Made by a program: the position numbers and the translations under genes. A model generated the notes under the pieces. The model had not been told where the DNA came from. It ran no database searches and worked only from the letters and a program-made list of their open reading frames with translations. A DNA stretch of 64,000 nt. Source: Candidatus Poribacteria bacterium. Lineage in GTDB: Bacteria; Poribacteria; WGA-4E; WGA-3G. Positions 52,303-63,015 of this stretch are shown in pieces (position 1 is the stretch's first letter; each line of letters starts with the position of its first letter). Where the stretch lies: NCBI GenBank assembly GCA_963663765.2, contig CAXXUA010000005.1, forward strand, positions 1,088,001 to 1,152,000, in the 5' to 3' direction.

Positions 52303-54201
52303 ATGATAAAACTGACACGTTTACTCACAATACTTGTACTCCTATACACATCCACTCTTTTCGCACAAGAACAGGAGGTTAAGTCTAACAAATTTCTACC
52401 CGAAAATGCCATTAGCCGACTGGGGAGAGGAAAGATCTATAATATGGACTATTCTCCTGACAACTCGCAACTTGCAGTTGGAACGACGATGGGGATATGG
52501 ATTTATGACGCGACCAACCTGCAACCCCTTCGCCTCATCACAAAACATAAATATATGATCACCGCAGTTGATTATAGCAAAGATGGCAACACGCTCGCAA
52601 CTGCAGATATTCTCGGATACGTTCATCTATGGGATACAAAAACTGGACAACACAAATTGGAGATAAAGATTAAGAAAAGTCTACATTGTCTGTGCTTTAA
52701 TACACTTGGAGATACGATCGCAATAGGAGATAAAACTGGAGGTATCCATTTATATGACACACAAATCGGCACACTAAAGAAAAAGATGTTTTCGAGAGGC
52801 GGTGGCTATATGTCTCGTGGAGGCTTTCGTCTTACTTTCAGTCCTGATGGAACCATGCTCGCAAGCGCAACGGAAAACACCATCACGTTGTGGCATCCCG
52901 AGAGTAGTAGTAGAGAAATCCATACGATGACAACCGAGAATAACTCTATTAGAGGCGATTTGGTCTTTAGTCCAGATGGAAAAAGATTGGTTTGTTCCAC
53001 ATGGAAAGGTAATGCCTATTTTTGGGACACATTTACAGGTGAACAGAAACAGCATTTGAAAAGTGGAATTTCTTTTCCAATCAGTACTAGTTTTAGTCCA
53101 ATCAGCATTGATTTTAGTTCTGATGGAAAGCTAATCGCCTTTGGTGACAGTGGTGGGAAAATCCATCTGTGGAATATGAATAAAAGTGAAATCTGGAAAA
53201 CACTGACTGGACACAGAGTGCCGGTACTCGCAGCCTATTTTGATGTGAATAAGCGTACTATCGTAAGTACCAGTCGGAGGAACATACTTCGTCATGACAT
53301 CAATTCTGGTAGACAGATCGGAAGAATAAACGAACATCGTGGTTTATATCCAAGTTTTGCTGTCAGTCCCGACGGCAAGACTATCGCAACACTAAACACT
53401 GACTTCTACGTACACTATTGGGATGCAACCACTGGAGAGTTCAAGTCAGAAGAACGCATTAGAAATCTCCACGATTTTGCGAATGATATGATGTACAGTT
53501 TCGATGGAAAGACACTCATTTTTGTGGGTTTTAGAGGATTTATCTATCTATTGAATGTAAAGACAGCTAAGTTAGAACGAACGATACGTGCACATATAGA
53601 TGACGTATTATGTATTGATCAAACTTCCGATAGTAAAATCCTTGTCAGCGGCGGACAGGACAAAACTGTTGGTATTTGGAATGCGGATACAGGGGAGGCA
53701 TTGTTCAAACTTCATGGTCATACAGATGAGGTAAGATGTGTCGCTGTGAGTCCAGACAACAAAATCGCAGCAAGCGGAAGTTCAGATCAGACTGTTATCT
53801 TATGGGACATCAACACAGGAGATGAGATAGACTCGTTGCCAAAACATACTGATGGTGTGTCAAGTGTCACCTTTAGTCCGGATGGCAAAACTCTCGTGAC
53901 GACTGACGAGTCGGATACAATCTATCTGTGGGAAGTCCAAACAGGTGAAAAGATACGAACACTCACCGGAGATAGTTCAGGTGTGGTGAGTGTCGTCTTC
54001 AGTGCTGATGGAAAATCCATAGCAACGGGGAGTCAGGAAGGCACTATAAAGGTGTATGACTTTGAAACCGGTGAGACTCAGCATACATTCAATGGGAATA
54101 ACAAGGGCATTGATATTGTTGACTTCACATCGGATGAGAATGTGCTTGTGAGTCGTAGTTATGGTGGTGCCATATTTTTGTGGAATGTTAATGAGGAATA
54201 G
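52303..54201 (+). CDS. Secreted WD40 repeat protein (diverged repeats, no dockerin)
   Basis: Signal peptide, 'LPENAISRLGRG', WD40 repeats. Confidence 0.9.
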   Translation: MIKLTRLLTILVLLYTSTLFAQEQEVKSNKFLPENAISRLGRGKIYNMDYSPDNSQLAVGTTMGIWIYDATNLQPLRLITKHKYMITAVDYSKDGNTLATADILGYVHLWDTKTGQHKLEIKIKKSLHCLCFNTLGDTIAIGDKTGGIHLYDTQIGTLKKKMFSRGGGYMSRGGFRLTFSPDGTMLASATENTITLWHPESSSREIHTMTTENNSIRGDLVFSPDGKRLVCSTWKGNAYFWDTFTGEQKQHLKSGISFPISTSFSPISIDFSSDGKLIAFGDSGGKIHLWNMNKSEIWKTLTGHRVPVLAAYFDVNKRTIVSTSRRNILRHDINSGRQIGRINEHRGLYPSFAVSPDGKTIATLNTDFYVHYWDATTGEFKSEERIRNLHDFANDMMYSFDGKTLIFVGFRGFIYLLNVKTAKLERTIRAHIDDVLCIDQTSDSKILVSGGQDKTVGIWNADTGEALFKLHGHTDEVRCVAVSPDNKIAASGSSDQTVILWDINTGDEIDSLPKHTDGVSSVTFSPDGKTLVTTDESDTIYLWEVQTGEKIRTLTGDSSGVVSVVFSADGKSIATGSQEGTIKVYDFETGETQHTFNGNNKGIDIVDFTSDENVLVSRSYGGAIFLWNVNEE

Positions 54202-54299
54202 GATTATCAGACTTGAGATTTTGGTTTGGGTTGAGGCAGGAAACCCTTATGTATCAATTTAGGGGAATTACAATCCTCTGACAAGAAAGGAGAAAGAAC

Positions 54300-55121
54300 A
54301 TGTTTTTACGTAATATTTTGCTACCGGTCTCTGTTTTCCTCGTGGTAATCTGTCTGGTGCGTCCCGGCTTCCGAAGCGAGACAGACGCGGAAACAACCTC
54401 TGCGTGTCCCCTTGACGCAGCAGAAAAACTTATCACAGCCGAAAACTATTATGAAGCAATTCTTGCATTGAAACCGCTCTTAATGCGTGATACCAAAAGC
54501 AAGGAACAAGAAGAAGCCCTCTGGCTGGCTCACACGCTTTTGATGAAAATAGAAAACCACTTGGGAGACGACGAAGATCATAAAATAGAAATTCTGAATC
54601 AATTGGGTGCGAATTTTGATAACATTGAGATCAACTTCGGTTATAGATACGGTTTCCTACGACGGTTGATAGATGCCTATCCGAATACCCCGAAACAACC
54701 CATCGTTGAATACGCACTCATACAATCGGGATACCCTGTGCCACGAGATATTGATAAAACGCTTTCAGCACTGCACGCTTATATTGAGAAATATGAGAAA
54801 ACGGGACGGGCTGAAGTTTACATGGTATATCTTGATATTGCTCATATTCATCACGGACTTTGGGCGGCGATCACCTTTCATGATCATCCCTATGTTAGCA
54901 TGTTTGGTGGTTTTGGGAGTGGAGACACTGAAAAAGACAAAAAGCTTGCAGACTCATATAGAGAGATTGCCCTCAAGTATTACGCGAAGTTTCATATCAA
55001 CCCACATGGACTCACAGATAACTTTGATAATGAAAACTTTGATTTCAGTGATGAAACAGGGTATCAACTTTTGAAGCGGAACGCAGAATTTGGTTGGGAA
55101 TTTATTCTTTATGGATGTTAA
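54300..55121 (+). CDS. Hypothetical exported helical protein
   Basis: AAGGAG RBS, hydrophobic N-terminus, 273-aa ORF. Confidence 0.7.
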   Translation: MFLRNILLPVSVFLVVICLVRPGFRSETDAETTSACPLDAAEKLITAENYYEAILALKPLLMRDTKSKEQEEALWLAHTLLMKIENHLGDDEDHKIEILNQLGANFDNIEINFGYRYGFLRRLIDAYPNTPKQPIVEYALIQSGYPVPRDIDKTLSALHAYIEKYEKTGRAEVYMVYLDIAHIHHGLWAAITFHDHPYVSMFGGFGSGDTEKDKKLADSYREIALKYYAKFHINPHGLTDNFDNENFDFSDETGYQLLKRNAEFGWEFILYGC

Positions 55122-55319
55122 GGATGGATGTTAAGGTCTGTTTTCTGAATCGCGGGGTTTTCTGAATATCGGATTACACGGATTTCACAGATAAGATACC
55201 TGCATGAAGTAATATTGCATAGAAAAGGCATCATATAAGAAAGACAGCCTACTGCTGGGTTCTTATCCGCGTAATCCGATATTCTGTAAGCATTGATTCA
55301 GAGTGTTATGAGGAATATC

Positions 55320-56195
55320 ATGATAACAAACACTATTTGGCTATAACAACATTTTTGCTGTTATTCGCTTCTGCACCAATCACCCTTGCCCAAGATTTTG
55401 TACAATGGCATTTACCCGAAGGAGCAAAAGCGCGTCTGGGGAAAGGTATGGTAGGTCAAGTTAGATATACCCCAGATGGCACAAAATTGGCAGCGGCAAG
55501 TAGTATTGGGATTCAGCTTTACGACACACAGACCGGTGAAGTACTTGCATTGTTCGCGGCACATGCAGATGCTTTCGGTTGCATTACTTTTAGTCCTCTG
55601 GGTGGGAAACTGCTTGCCAGTGGGGGCAAGAAGGGTCCCATCTATCTTTGGCATGTTGAGACAGGTCGTCACCTGCAAACGCTTGAAGGACATACAGATT
55701 GGGTGAGTAGTGTCGTGTTCAGTCCCAATGGGACACTGCTTGCCAGTGGGGGGTGCGGACGGTTCCATCTACCTTTGGCATGTTGAGACAGGTCAACTCT
55801 TGCGAACGCTTGAAGGACATACAGATGAAGTTTATAGTGTGGCATTTAGTCCCGATGGTAAGGTACTCGCGAGCGGAGGTGAAGTCGGCACCTGGGGTAA
55901 AGATGGTTTTATCCATTTCTGGGATGTGCAAACAGGTCGACAGATTGGATCGCTTGATGGAAATATAAGAAATGTTGGTGATGTATCTTTTCATCCTAAT
56001 GGTAAGGTGCTTGCGAGTGGAAGTCATGACAAAACTATCCGATTATGGGATGTTGAAACCGGCAAATTTCTCCGCACGTTTGTGGGACATACTTGGTATG
56101 TCAAAAGTGTCTCTTTTAGTCCGGATCGGACTACGCTTGCAAGTGGAAGTGCTGACGGCACAATGCTATTATGGGACGTATCAAAAAAAGAATGA
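55320..56195 (+). pseudogene. Short secreted WD40 protein, frameshifted
   Basis: ORFs 55337-55786 and 55710-56195 join if G6 at 55748-55753 is G5. The RBS-linked ATG at 55320 is also one base out of frame with the signal peptide. Confidence 0.75.
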
Positions 56196-56406
56196 AGCAT
56201 TTTGTACGCGGGTGTGTGCGGAATCGCGGAGGACACGGAGTGACTTCTGAATCGCGGAAGACACACAGAAGACAGCATACTGAGATCGTATTGCTTAGAA
56301 TAAACGTCATATAAGCAATGCGATTTATCGCAGGTGTCTTATCCGCGTTTTCCGCGTAATCTGAGTAATCAGAGATTCCGTACTCCAAGAACTACAAAAA
56401 TATGTG

Positions 56407-57513
56407 TTAATATCTCAAACGCATAGGAGCAATGAAACACACATGTCCATCTTCACCTAACGGTTTTATGGTAAGGAAAGTAAATTCTCCTGCGAACTCA
56501 AGTACCAGAGATTCTGCTTCAATATGTGAAAATATCTCTGCTAACCTTTGAGCATCCAAACCGATCCGCACATTGCCGGTACAAGATTCTACTGCAACCG
56601 TCTCATGTGCCTCACCGAGTTCGGGGGTCTCGGTTGAAATCTTAATTACTTCTGGGTCTATCTCCAAAGAGATAGCAAAGTTCTTCGGATTTGATAGTAA
56701 AGAGACGCGACGTGTCGCACCTAAAATGGCATCCCTTGATACAATCGCACGACCATCATAGGATTCGGGTATAAGCGACTGGTAACGCATATCATATTCA
56801 CCTTCAACCAAGCGAGTCATCAACATGGAATTCTCATCGGAAAATAGTATTTGATTTTTGAGCAGGATAATCTTTACTTCATCGGAGTTCGCAAAGGTTC
56901 GCAGAATCTCACGCACTGCCCTCAACGGCACAATAAAACCATTCACTTCTTCAGATGTTTTGAGGTGAGGACCGTGTGCTAAAGCAAGGTAATGCGTATC
57001 CATCGCAACCACTTCTGTTCTATCCTCAAGGAGGTTAAAAAATAGGCCGTTCAGTTGGTATCTGAATTCTTCTGAAGATGCTGCAAACGATGTTCTATGG
57101 ATAACAGTGCATAATGTTTCGCCATCAATCGTTACACCTTCTCCATCAGCAGAGGGTAAATCTGGAAAATCTTCATCGGAAAGTCCAATCATCTTGTAGA
57201 TACCATCACCGCACGCGATCTCAATTCTGTGATTCTGTGTTGTAACAAAGTCAATCGGTTTATTATCGGGTAATTCTCGGACGATGTCTGTTAGTTTTTT
57301 AGCAGAGACGGTGACCGCACCTTCCTCTTTGATAGTTCCAACAACCTTGACTCTAATACCAACCTCCAGATCAGTGGCAGCACATTCTATATTGCCATCT
57401 TGTGCCCGGATTAGGACGTTGGCAAGAATAGGTAAGGTATTACGACCACTCGCTGCACCCTGCACCGTCTGAAGAGAATGTAATAATTCATCTTTTTCAA
57501 AAGCAAGTTCCAT
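56407..57513 (-). CDS. dnaN: DNA polymerase III beta sliding clamp, diverged paralog
   Basis: 'TLPILANVL', 'ATDLEVGI', 'FAASSEE.RY.LNG', 'RLVEG', 'PMRL'. Confidence 0.92.
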   Translation of the reverse strand: MELAFEKDELLHSLQTVQGAASGRNTLPILANVLIRAQDGNIECAATDLEVGIRVKVVGTIKEEGAVTVSAKKLTDIVRELPDNKPIDFVTTQNHRIEIACGDGIYKMIGLSDEDFPDLPSADGEGVTIDGETLCTVIHRTSFAASSEEFRYQLNGLFFNLLEDRTEVVAMDTHYLALAHGPHLKTSEEVNGFIVPLRAVREILRTFANSDEVKIILLKNQILFSDENSMLMTRLVEGEYDMRYQSLIPESYDGRAIVSRDAILGATRRVSLLSNPKNFAISLEIDPEVIKISTETPELGEAHETVAVESCTGNVRIGLDAQRLAEIFSHIEAESLVLEFAGEFTFLTIKPLGEDGHVCFIAPMRLRY

Positions 57514-57564
57514 TTCATCAACTCCTATGCAAAAATATATGTGTCATTTATCCAGACAAAAAAC

Positions 57565-58686
57565 TTAGGATTGTCCTGTTGTAGATGTTTCTAAACGCAT
57601 CGGCATGATAAAACATAGATGGTCATCATCACCTTCTGGCTTTACAATCAGAGGTGTAACTCCATCTGTGTACTCAAATAATAAAGATTCCGTTTCAATA
57701 TGTGTCAATACATCTATAAGCACACGCGCATCAAGTCCAATTAGAACATTCCCATCACCGGACTCAATAGAAATCGTTTCATGTGCTTCACCCAGTTCAG
57801 GTGTGTTCGCTGATATCCGAATTTGTTCCGCATCTATCTCTAAACGGATGAGAAAATTCTTGGGATCTGACAACAAAGCAACCCGACGCGATGCACGCAA
57901 AATTGTGTCCTTTGATACTACCGTACGCCCTTCAGATGACTCACGAAACAGTTTTTGATAGGGTGGATAATCGCCTTCCACCAAACGTGTCATAAAGGTC
58001 GTGCTTTCATCGGTAAGTATGAGTTGATTTTTTAGATGTGAAATTCTTACTTCAGGAGAACCAGCAAAGATACGTGAGATCTCCTTGACTGCCTTTAGTG
58101 GAACAATAAACCCGCTGGAATCTTCAGATGTTCTAATAGGTTCACAATGTACTAAAGCGAGTTGTCTTGCACCGTCTGTTCCAACGACTTCCGTTTTGTT
58201 TTCTATGAGATTAAAAAATAGCCCATTCAGAGTATATCGGACCTCTTCGGTGGATGCTGCAAATTCTGTTCTATGAATAACAGAGCATAACGTGTCACCG
58301 TTGATCGCTATGCCTTGTCCATCAGCAGAGGGGAGTTCCGGAAAATCTTGATCCGACAACCCAATAATCTTGTAGACACCATCTCCACAAGTAAGTTCAA
58401 CCCGATCATTTGCAGTTGTAACGAGTTCTATGGTTTCATTTGGTAGTTCACGGACGATGTCTGCCAGTTTTTTGGCGGAGACAGTAATTGAGCCCTCTTC
58501 CTTGATAACGCCAATAACATTCATTTTGATGCCGACTTCCAAGTCAGTCGCAGCACATTCAATTTTCCCATCTTGTGCGCGAATTAGGACGTTGGCGAGA
58601 ATCGGCAGCGTGTTTCGTCCGCCTGCGACCCCTTGTACCGTTTGAAGTGCGTGTAAAAGTTCATCTTTTTCAAAAGCAAGTTCCAT
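57565..58686 (-). CDS. dnaN: DNA polymerase III beta sliding clamp
   Basis: 'TLPILANVL', 'ATDLE', 'GTDG', 'RLVEGDYPPY', 'IMPMRL'. Confidence 0.95.
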   Translation of the reverse strand: MELAFEKDELLHALQTVQGVAGGRNTLPILANVLIRAQDGKIECAATDLEVGIKMNVIGVIKEEGSITVSAKKLADIVRELPNETIELVTTANDRVELTCGDGVYKIIGLSDQDFPELPSADGQGIAINGDTLCSVIHRTEFAASTEEVRYTLNGLFFNLIENKTEVVGTDGARQLALVHCEPIRTSEDSSGFIVPLKAVKEISRIFAGSPEVRISHLKNQLILTDESTTFMTRLVEGDYPPYQKLFRESSEGRTVVSKDTILRASRRVALLSDPKNFLIRLEIDAEQIRISANTPELGEAHETISIESGDGNVLIGLDARVLIDVLTHIETESLLFEYTDGVTPLIVKPEGDDDHLCFIMPMRLETSTTGQS

Positions 58687-58964
58687 TCCATAAGCTCCTA
58701 TCTATTGTAATATCAAAATTTAGTAATAACATTAATATATTAGATTCTTATCCAAGTCTTCCTTGTATGTAATAAAAAAGCGGATATTGGAATTTCCGCT
58801 AAAATCCGAAGAAACAACATATCAGAATCGTGTCGGGTTCGTTATAAAAATTAGTTGAAATGCTGTGTCAGGGTAATCAAGTTCAATTGGGACGGTTAGA
58901 ATGGGTTGTGTAATATACAGAAGCAAAACATGCAGGCACTACATACCCTTATCTCGTTTTCACC

Positions 58965-58993
58965 TTGACAGACTTCTGATTGTTTAGTATAAC
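58965..58993 (+). promoter_or_regulatory. Sigma70-like promoter
   Basis: TTGACA, 17-bp spacer, TATAAC upstream of 59093. Confidence 0.55.
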
Positions 58994-59092
58994 ATAATGT
59001 AGAAAATATATCCATTCTTTTTGATATATTACCTTCAGTTGTTACAGACATAATAACCTTGTCTGCGACCTTACCATTACCTTCCTACTATA

Positions 59093-61024
59093 ATGCGTCA
59101 AACGAACTATCAAACATCGTTACCTATAGCAAAACGTGCAGTTTTAATTGGTACATTGCTCATCATTGGCAATAGTTACTGGATAGCCTATATTGAGATG
59201 ATATGGCACACTGCACATCTGACGACAGTTGCTATGTCTGTAAATGTCATGTTTGGCATATTCATGATCACGATGTTAAACATGGGTATACGGAGTTTTG
59301 CCCCCAGGGCTGCCCTCACACAACGCGACCTGATTGTTGTATATAGCATGCTGGCTGTCGGTAGTGCTTTTTCTGGGCATGACTGTATTCCGAGACTGAT
59401 GGGATTGATCCCCTATGCTTTTCGCTTTGCAACTGCAGAGAATGATTGGGAGGCGTTGTTATTTCACCACCTGCCTGAATGGCTCATTGTTAAACATCCG
59501 AAAACAGTCACAGATTTCTATGAAGGTAACGTCAACTTTTTTACTGGTGGATATGTGCAATATTGGATTGTTCCTATTCTATCTTGGTCGGCAGTAATTT
59601 TCTTGTTGATGCTCATCTTCCTTTGTCTCACCTCATTGATACGCAAACAGTGGATTGAGAACGAAAAACTTGCGTACCCGATCATACAGATTCCACTTGA
59701 AATCACTACAAACCGTGGCATATTCAAAAAACGGCTGCTATGGATAGGTTTCGGTATAGCGATGGGTATAAATCTCCTCAATGGACTACATTTCTTTTTT
59801 CCAATATTGCCAGAAATACCTGTGAAAAAATATAACCTTAATATCTATTTCACACAGAAACCTTGGAATGCCATCGGCAATACACCGCTTCGGTTTCACC
59901 CATATCTGATAGGCTTTTCGTTTATTCTTCCGTTGGATTTAGCGTTCTCATGCACGTTTTTCTATTTCATGAAAAAAGCACAACTCATATTTGGAAGTGC
60001 GACAGGTGTGTCAAAGGTACCGGGATATCCTTTCTTAGGGGAACAGGGTGCGGGTGCGTTGCTTGCACTTGTGGCTATAGCAGGTTGGCATGGGAGAAAA
60101 CATATTGCAGCAGTGTTTTCACAGACAATTCGACGGAATAGTACCTATTCACAAACCGAGGCAATCTCCTACCGTAGCACAATAATTATACTTGGATTAT
60201 CGTTGCTTTTACTTGCTATCTTGTGCATTCGGGGTGGGATGTCGTTATGGGCATTTTCTGTTTTCATTGGCATCTACCTTACAATTGTTATCGGTCTAAC
60301 CCGAATGCGTGCCGAACTCGGTCCACCGATACATGCAATCGGTTATCTGACACCACAATATATGATGATTTCACTACTGGGTACACGCCGTTTACGCGCG
60401 GGCAATCTCACGATGTTGTCCTTGATGAACTGGCTTAGCGGTGCAAGTTATGCCTCTTTTCGCACGCATCCGATGCCTGATCAGTTGGAATCTTTCAAAC
60501 TGGCAGAACGTACGGGGGTACGCAACCGTACGATGTTCGCAGTTTTAGTAATTGCAAGTTTGGTTGGCATTTTGTCAAGTCTAATTCTGTACCCTTATGC
60601 GATTTATAGTGAAGGTGTTGCAGCAGGTTCAGAACAGATCCATGCAGGTGGTGCGGACACATATAACTTTCTATCATCATGGCTAATAAATCCAAAACCG
60701 ATGGACCTATTAGCAACCACTGTACTTGGCGGAACGTTTGCAGCGAATTTAGGTATCATGTTTCTGCGTTCGCGCTTTGTATGGTGTCCGTTGCATCCTG
60801 CGGGTTATGTTATCGGTGTTGCTCCCGGTACTACAGACATCATTTGGTTCCCACTGCTGATCGCAATGGTAACCAAGTGGATTATTTTACGAAATGGGGG
60901 TATAAAAGCGTATCGTCGTGCAATACCGTTCTTCATCGGGTTGGTCTTAGGAGAAGCGTTGATGGGATGTTTCTGGCCATTATTGAGTCTTATATTGCGC
61001 TCTGCGGTTTATAGTTGGATATAG
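59093..61024 (+). CDS. DUF6785/DUF6784-type polytopic membrane protein (putative peptide transporter)
   Basis: 'RKQWIENEKLAYPI', 'RMRAELG', 'WCPLHPAGY', 'GGIKAYRRAIPFFIGLVLGE'; many TM helices. Confidence 0.75.
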   Translation: MRQTNYQTSLPIAKRAVLIGTLLIIGNSYWIAYIEMIWHTAHLTTVAMSVNVMFGIFMITMLNMGIRSFAPRAALTQRDLIVVYSMLAVGSAFSGHDCIPRLMGLIPYAFRFATAENDWEALLFHHLPEWLIVKHPKTVTDFYEGNVNFFTGGYVQYWIVPILSWSAVIFLLMLIFLCLTSLIRKQWIENEKLAYPIIQIPLEITTNRGIFKKRLLWIGFGIAMGINLLNGLHFFFPILPEIPVKKYNLNIYFTQKPWNAIGNTPLRFHPYLIGFSFILPLDLAFSCTFFYFMKKAQLIFGSATGVSKVPGYPFLGEQGAGALLALVAIAGWHGRKHIAAVFSQTIRRNSTYSQTEAISYRSTIIILGLSLLLLAILCIRGGMSLWAFSVFIGIYLTIVIGLTRMRAELGPPIHAIGYLTPQYMMISLLGTRRLRAGNLTMLSLMNWLSGASYASFRTHPMPDQLESFKLAERTGVRNRTMFAVLVIASLVGILSSLILYPYAIYSEGVAAGSEQIHAGGADTYNFLSSWLINPKPMDLLATTVLGGTFAANLGIMFLRSRFVWCPLHPAGYVIGVAPGTTDIIWFPLLIAMVTKWIILRNGGIKAYRRAIPFFIGLVLGEALMGCFWPLLSLILRSAVYSWI

Positions 61025-61088
61025 TTCCTGTATATATGGATGTCCATGACAAACGGGTGTGTAAAGTCTTGGTTTATGTCTGAACCAG

Positions 61089-61773
61089 GGGTGTGTAAAG
61101 TTTTTGCACAAACTGCACATTCTCCATTGTAGAGCGAAATCAAGAAATCAACGGTATGAATGCCTTTTGGCATTCCCCGGGTATGAATGCCATTTAGGCA
61201 TTCCCCAGGTCTCTGTACCCCGCCGCAACTGATTAAATGAGAGATTGCGGGCACAGAGACCCATAGGTGTCAATATAAGGAAATATTGTTAATATCAACC
61301 ATACTCTTCAGTCCCGTAGGGACGATATGTTTATAGAAAACAAGTACCCTTCCCAGTTCTTTAGTCCCGTAGGGACGATATGTTTATAGAAAACAAGTAC
61401 CCTTCCCAGTTCTTTAGTCCCGTAGGGACGATATGTTTATAGAAAACAAGTACCCTTCCCAGTTCTTTAGTCCCGTAGGGACGATATGTTTATAGAAAAC
61501 AAGTACCCTTCCCAGTTCTTTAGTCCCGTAGGGACGATATGTTTATAGAAAACAAGTACCCTTCCCAGTTCTTTAGTCCCGTAGGGACGATATGTTTATA
61601 GAAAACAAGTACCCTTCCCAGTTCTTTAGTCCCGTAGGGACGATATGTTTATTCTTCTATGTCGTTCCTACGGAACTCAAGAGAGGGTGATTACACCTAT
61701 CTATAAACATTGCGTCCCTACGGGACTAAAGAGAACAAAAGTTTGTACCTCTGTGCAAAAACTTTACACACCC
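61089..61773. mobile_element. 685-bp MITE with IS256-like ends enclosing a REP tandem array
   Basis: Perfect 22-bp TIR gggtgtgtaaagtttttgcaca / tgtgcaaaaactttacacaccc; 8-bp TSD TGAACCAG at 61081-61088 and 61774-61781. Confidence 0.9.
61310..61651 (+). repeat. Tandem array of 53-bp REP-like units (6 full + 1 partial)
   Basis: agtcccgtagggacgatatgtttatagaaaacaagtacccttcccagttcttt starts at 61310, 61363, 61416, 61469, 61522, 61575, 61628. Confidence 0.95.
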
Positions 61774-61829
61774 TGAACCAGGATTTTCATAGACAAACAA
61801 CACTCTCACATGCTATAATGTGACAAATT

Positions 61830-62708
61830 ATGAAGGAGATGGTTTTAATGACACATTCAATAACATTTCGATACTTGTTAATCATCCTGTTCGTATCAGG
61901 AGTTATTGTTATACAAGCACACGCATCAGACGTAACGGTCGGGTTGTTAGCAGAAAGTAACCAACTCGGTGAAGTAGAAGAAGCTGCCTACGATTGGGCA
62001 AGCGATACTTATCAATCCACAATCATCATTGCAGATGAAAATGGTAGTTTCAAGAACAGAGGTGGCAACGCGCAGAGTTTGGATAACTACGCAGTGTTGT
62101 GGTTGTTCTATACAGAAATGAACGCATTACCAGCAGCTTTTCTGTCGGATGCCACAAAATCCGAGATTCTTGATTATGTTGAAGCTGGTGGAAGTCTATT
62201 TTTATCTGCTCTTGGGCTACGGTATGTCGCGGACCTTGGTGTTGAAGAAGGTGGTACACCGCGTAATGTTTCTCCACTCGGTAAAATTCCTCCTGAAATC
62301 GGTATCATACCCACTGATGAAGCGAAAGACCATCCGGTGTATGAAGGTTTTGATACCAGTGGTCCGATTTTCCTAACCAGCATGGATCAACCCGGAAACA
62401 GTGCCGATTTTCATAATTTCGGCGGTACAGAACCAAGCGGTACAGTTCTTGGCACAAAGACACGCGGCGGTGGCGCAGGTGCTGGTGAACGTCCCTTTGT
62501 TGAATACGAAGTACAAACTGGAAGAATCATTGTGCTTGGACATCATAACGGAGTTTATACCGATACTAATTCCGAGGAAAGTGATAATCTTAGGAAACTC
62601 ACTGAGAATGTGCTAAATTATCTCGGTGAAAACTCCGAATTTTTTGCTGTTGAACCCGAAGGAAAATTGACCACTACGTGGGGAAATTTGAAGTCAGTAC
62701 TGAATTAG
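61830..62708 (+). CDS. Secreted protein (DUF4960/GATase-like fold) with C-terminal 'AVEP.GKL.TTWG.LK' motif
   Basis: Signal peptide (AHA-S), 'YVEAGGSLFLS', conserved tail; start may be 61848. Confidence 0.7.
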   Translation: MKEMVLMTHSITFRYLLIILFVSGVIVIQAHASDVTVGLLAESNQLGEVEEAAYDWASDTYQSTIIIADENGSFKNRGGNAQSLDNYAVLWLFYTEMNALPAAFLSDATKSEILDYVEAGGSLFLSALGLRYVADLGVEEGGTPRNVSPLGKIPPEIGIIPTDEAKDHPVYEGFDTSGPIFLTSMDQPGNSADFHNFGGTEPSGTVLGTKTRGGGAGAGERPFVEYEVQTGRIIVLGHHNGVYTDTNSEESDNLRKLTENVLNYLGENSEFFAVEPEGKLTTTWGNLKSVLN

Positions 62709-62735
62709 ATCATTCAAGAATTATTTTTATAGATC

Positions 62736-62766
62736 AACCTGTAGTGATCTATTGCTACAGGTTTTC
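62736..62766. terminator. Hairpin terminator between convergent genes
   Basis: aacctgtag...ctacaggtt stem followed by a T-rich tract. Confidence 0.65.
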
Positions 62767-62772
62767 TTTGTA

Positions 62773-63015
62773 TTATGTATCCAAAAAGTCATTGTTTGGT
62801 GATGAGTTACCAACCGATGGATTTAGACGTGAGTGGTGCATTACCCAATAGATTGCGGCTGCAAATACACCCCCTATAACCGTTGCTAAAACCCAAATTA
62901 TAGGAGATACAAAAGAAGGGGTTCCTATACGTCTGGTATCTTGATATATGCCTTTCGCAAAAGAAATATGAACTATAATAGTAATAATAAGAATAAAAAA
63001 CACAGAAAAATCCAT
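62773..63015 (-). CDS. Small two-TM membrane protein
   Basis: GGAGG RBS; 'IWVLATVIGGVFAAAIYWVMH'. Confidence 0.7.
   Translation of the reverse strand: MDFSVFFILIITIIVHISFAKGIYQDTRRIGTPSFVSPIIWVLATVIGGVFAAAIYWVMHHSRLNPSVGNSSPNNDFLDT

Noticed and set aside
55748-55753. Programmed phase variation at G6
   Set aside because: The tract is short and a second apparent indel lies near the start codon; decay or sequencing error is more likely.
58690-59090. Replication origin upstream of dnaN
   Set aside because: No dnaA gene and no cluster of TTATCCACA boxes; only one near-match around 58748.
61310-61651. CRISPR array
   Set aside because: Identical linkers, followed by inverted copies, and enclosed in MITE ends.
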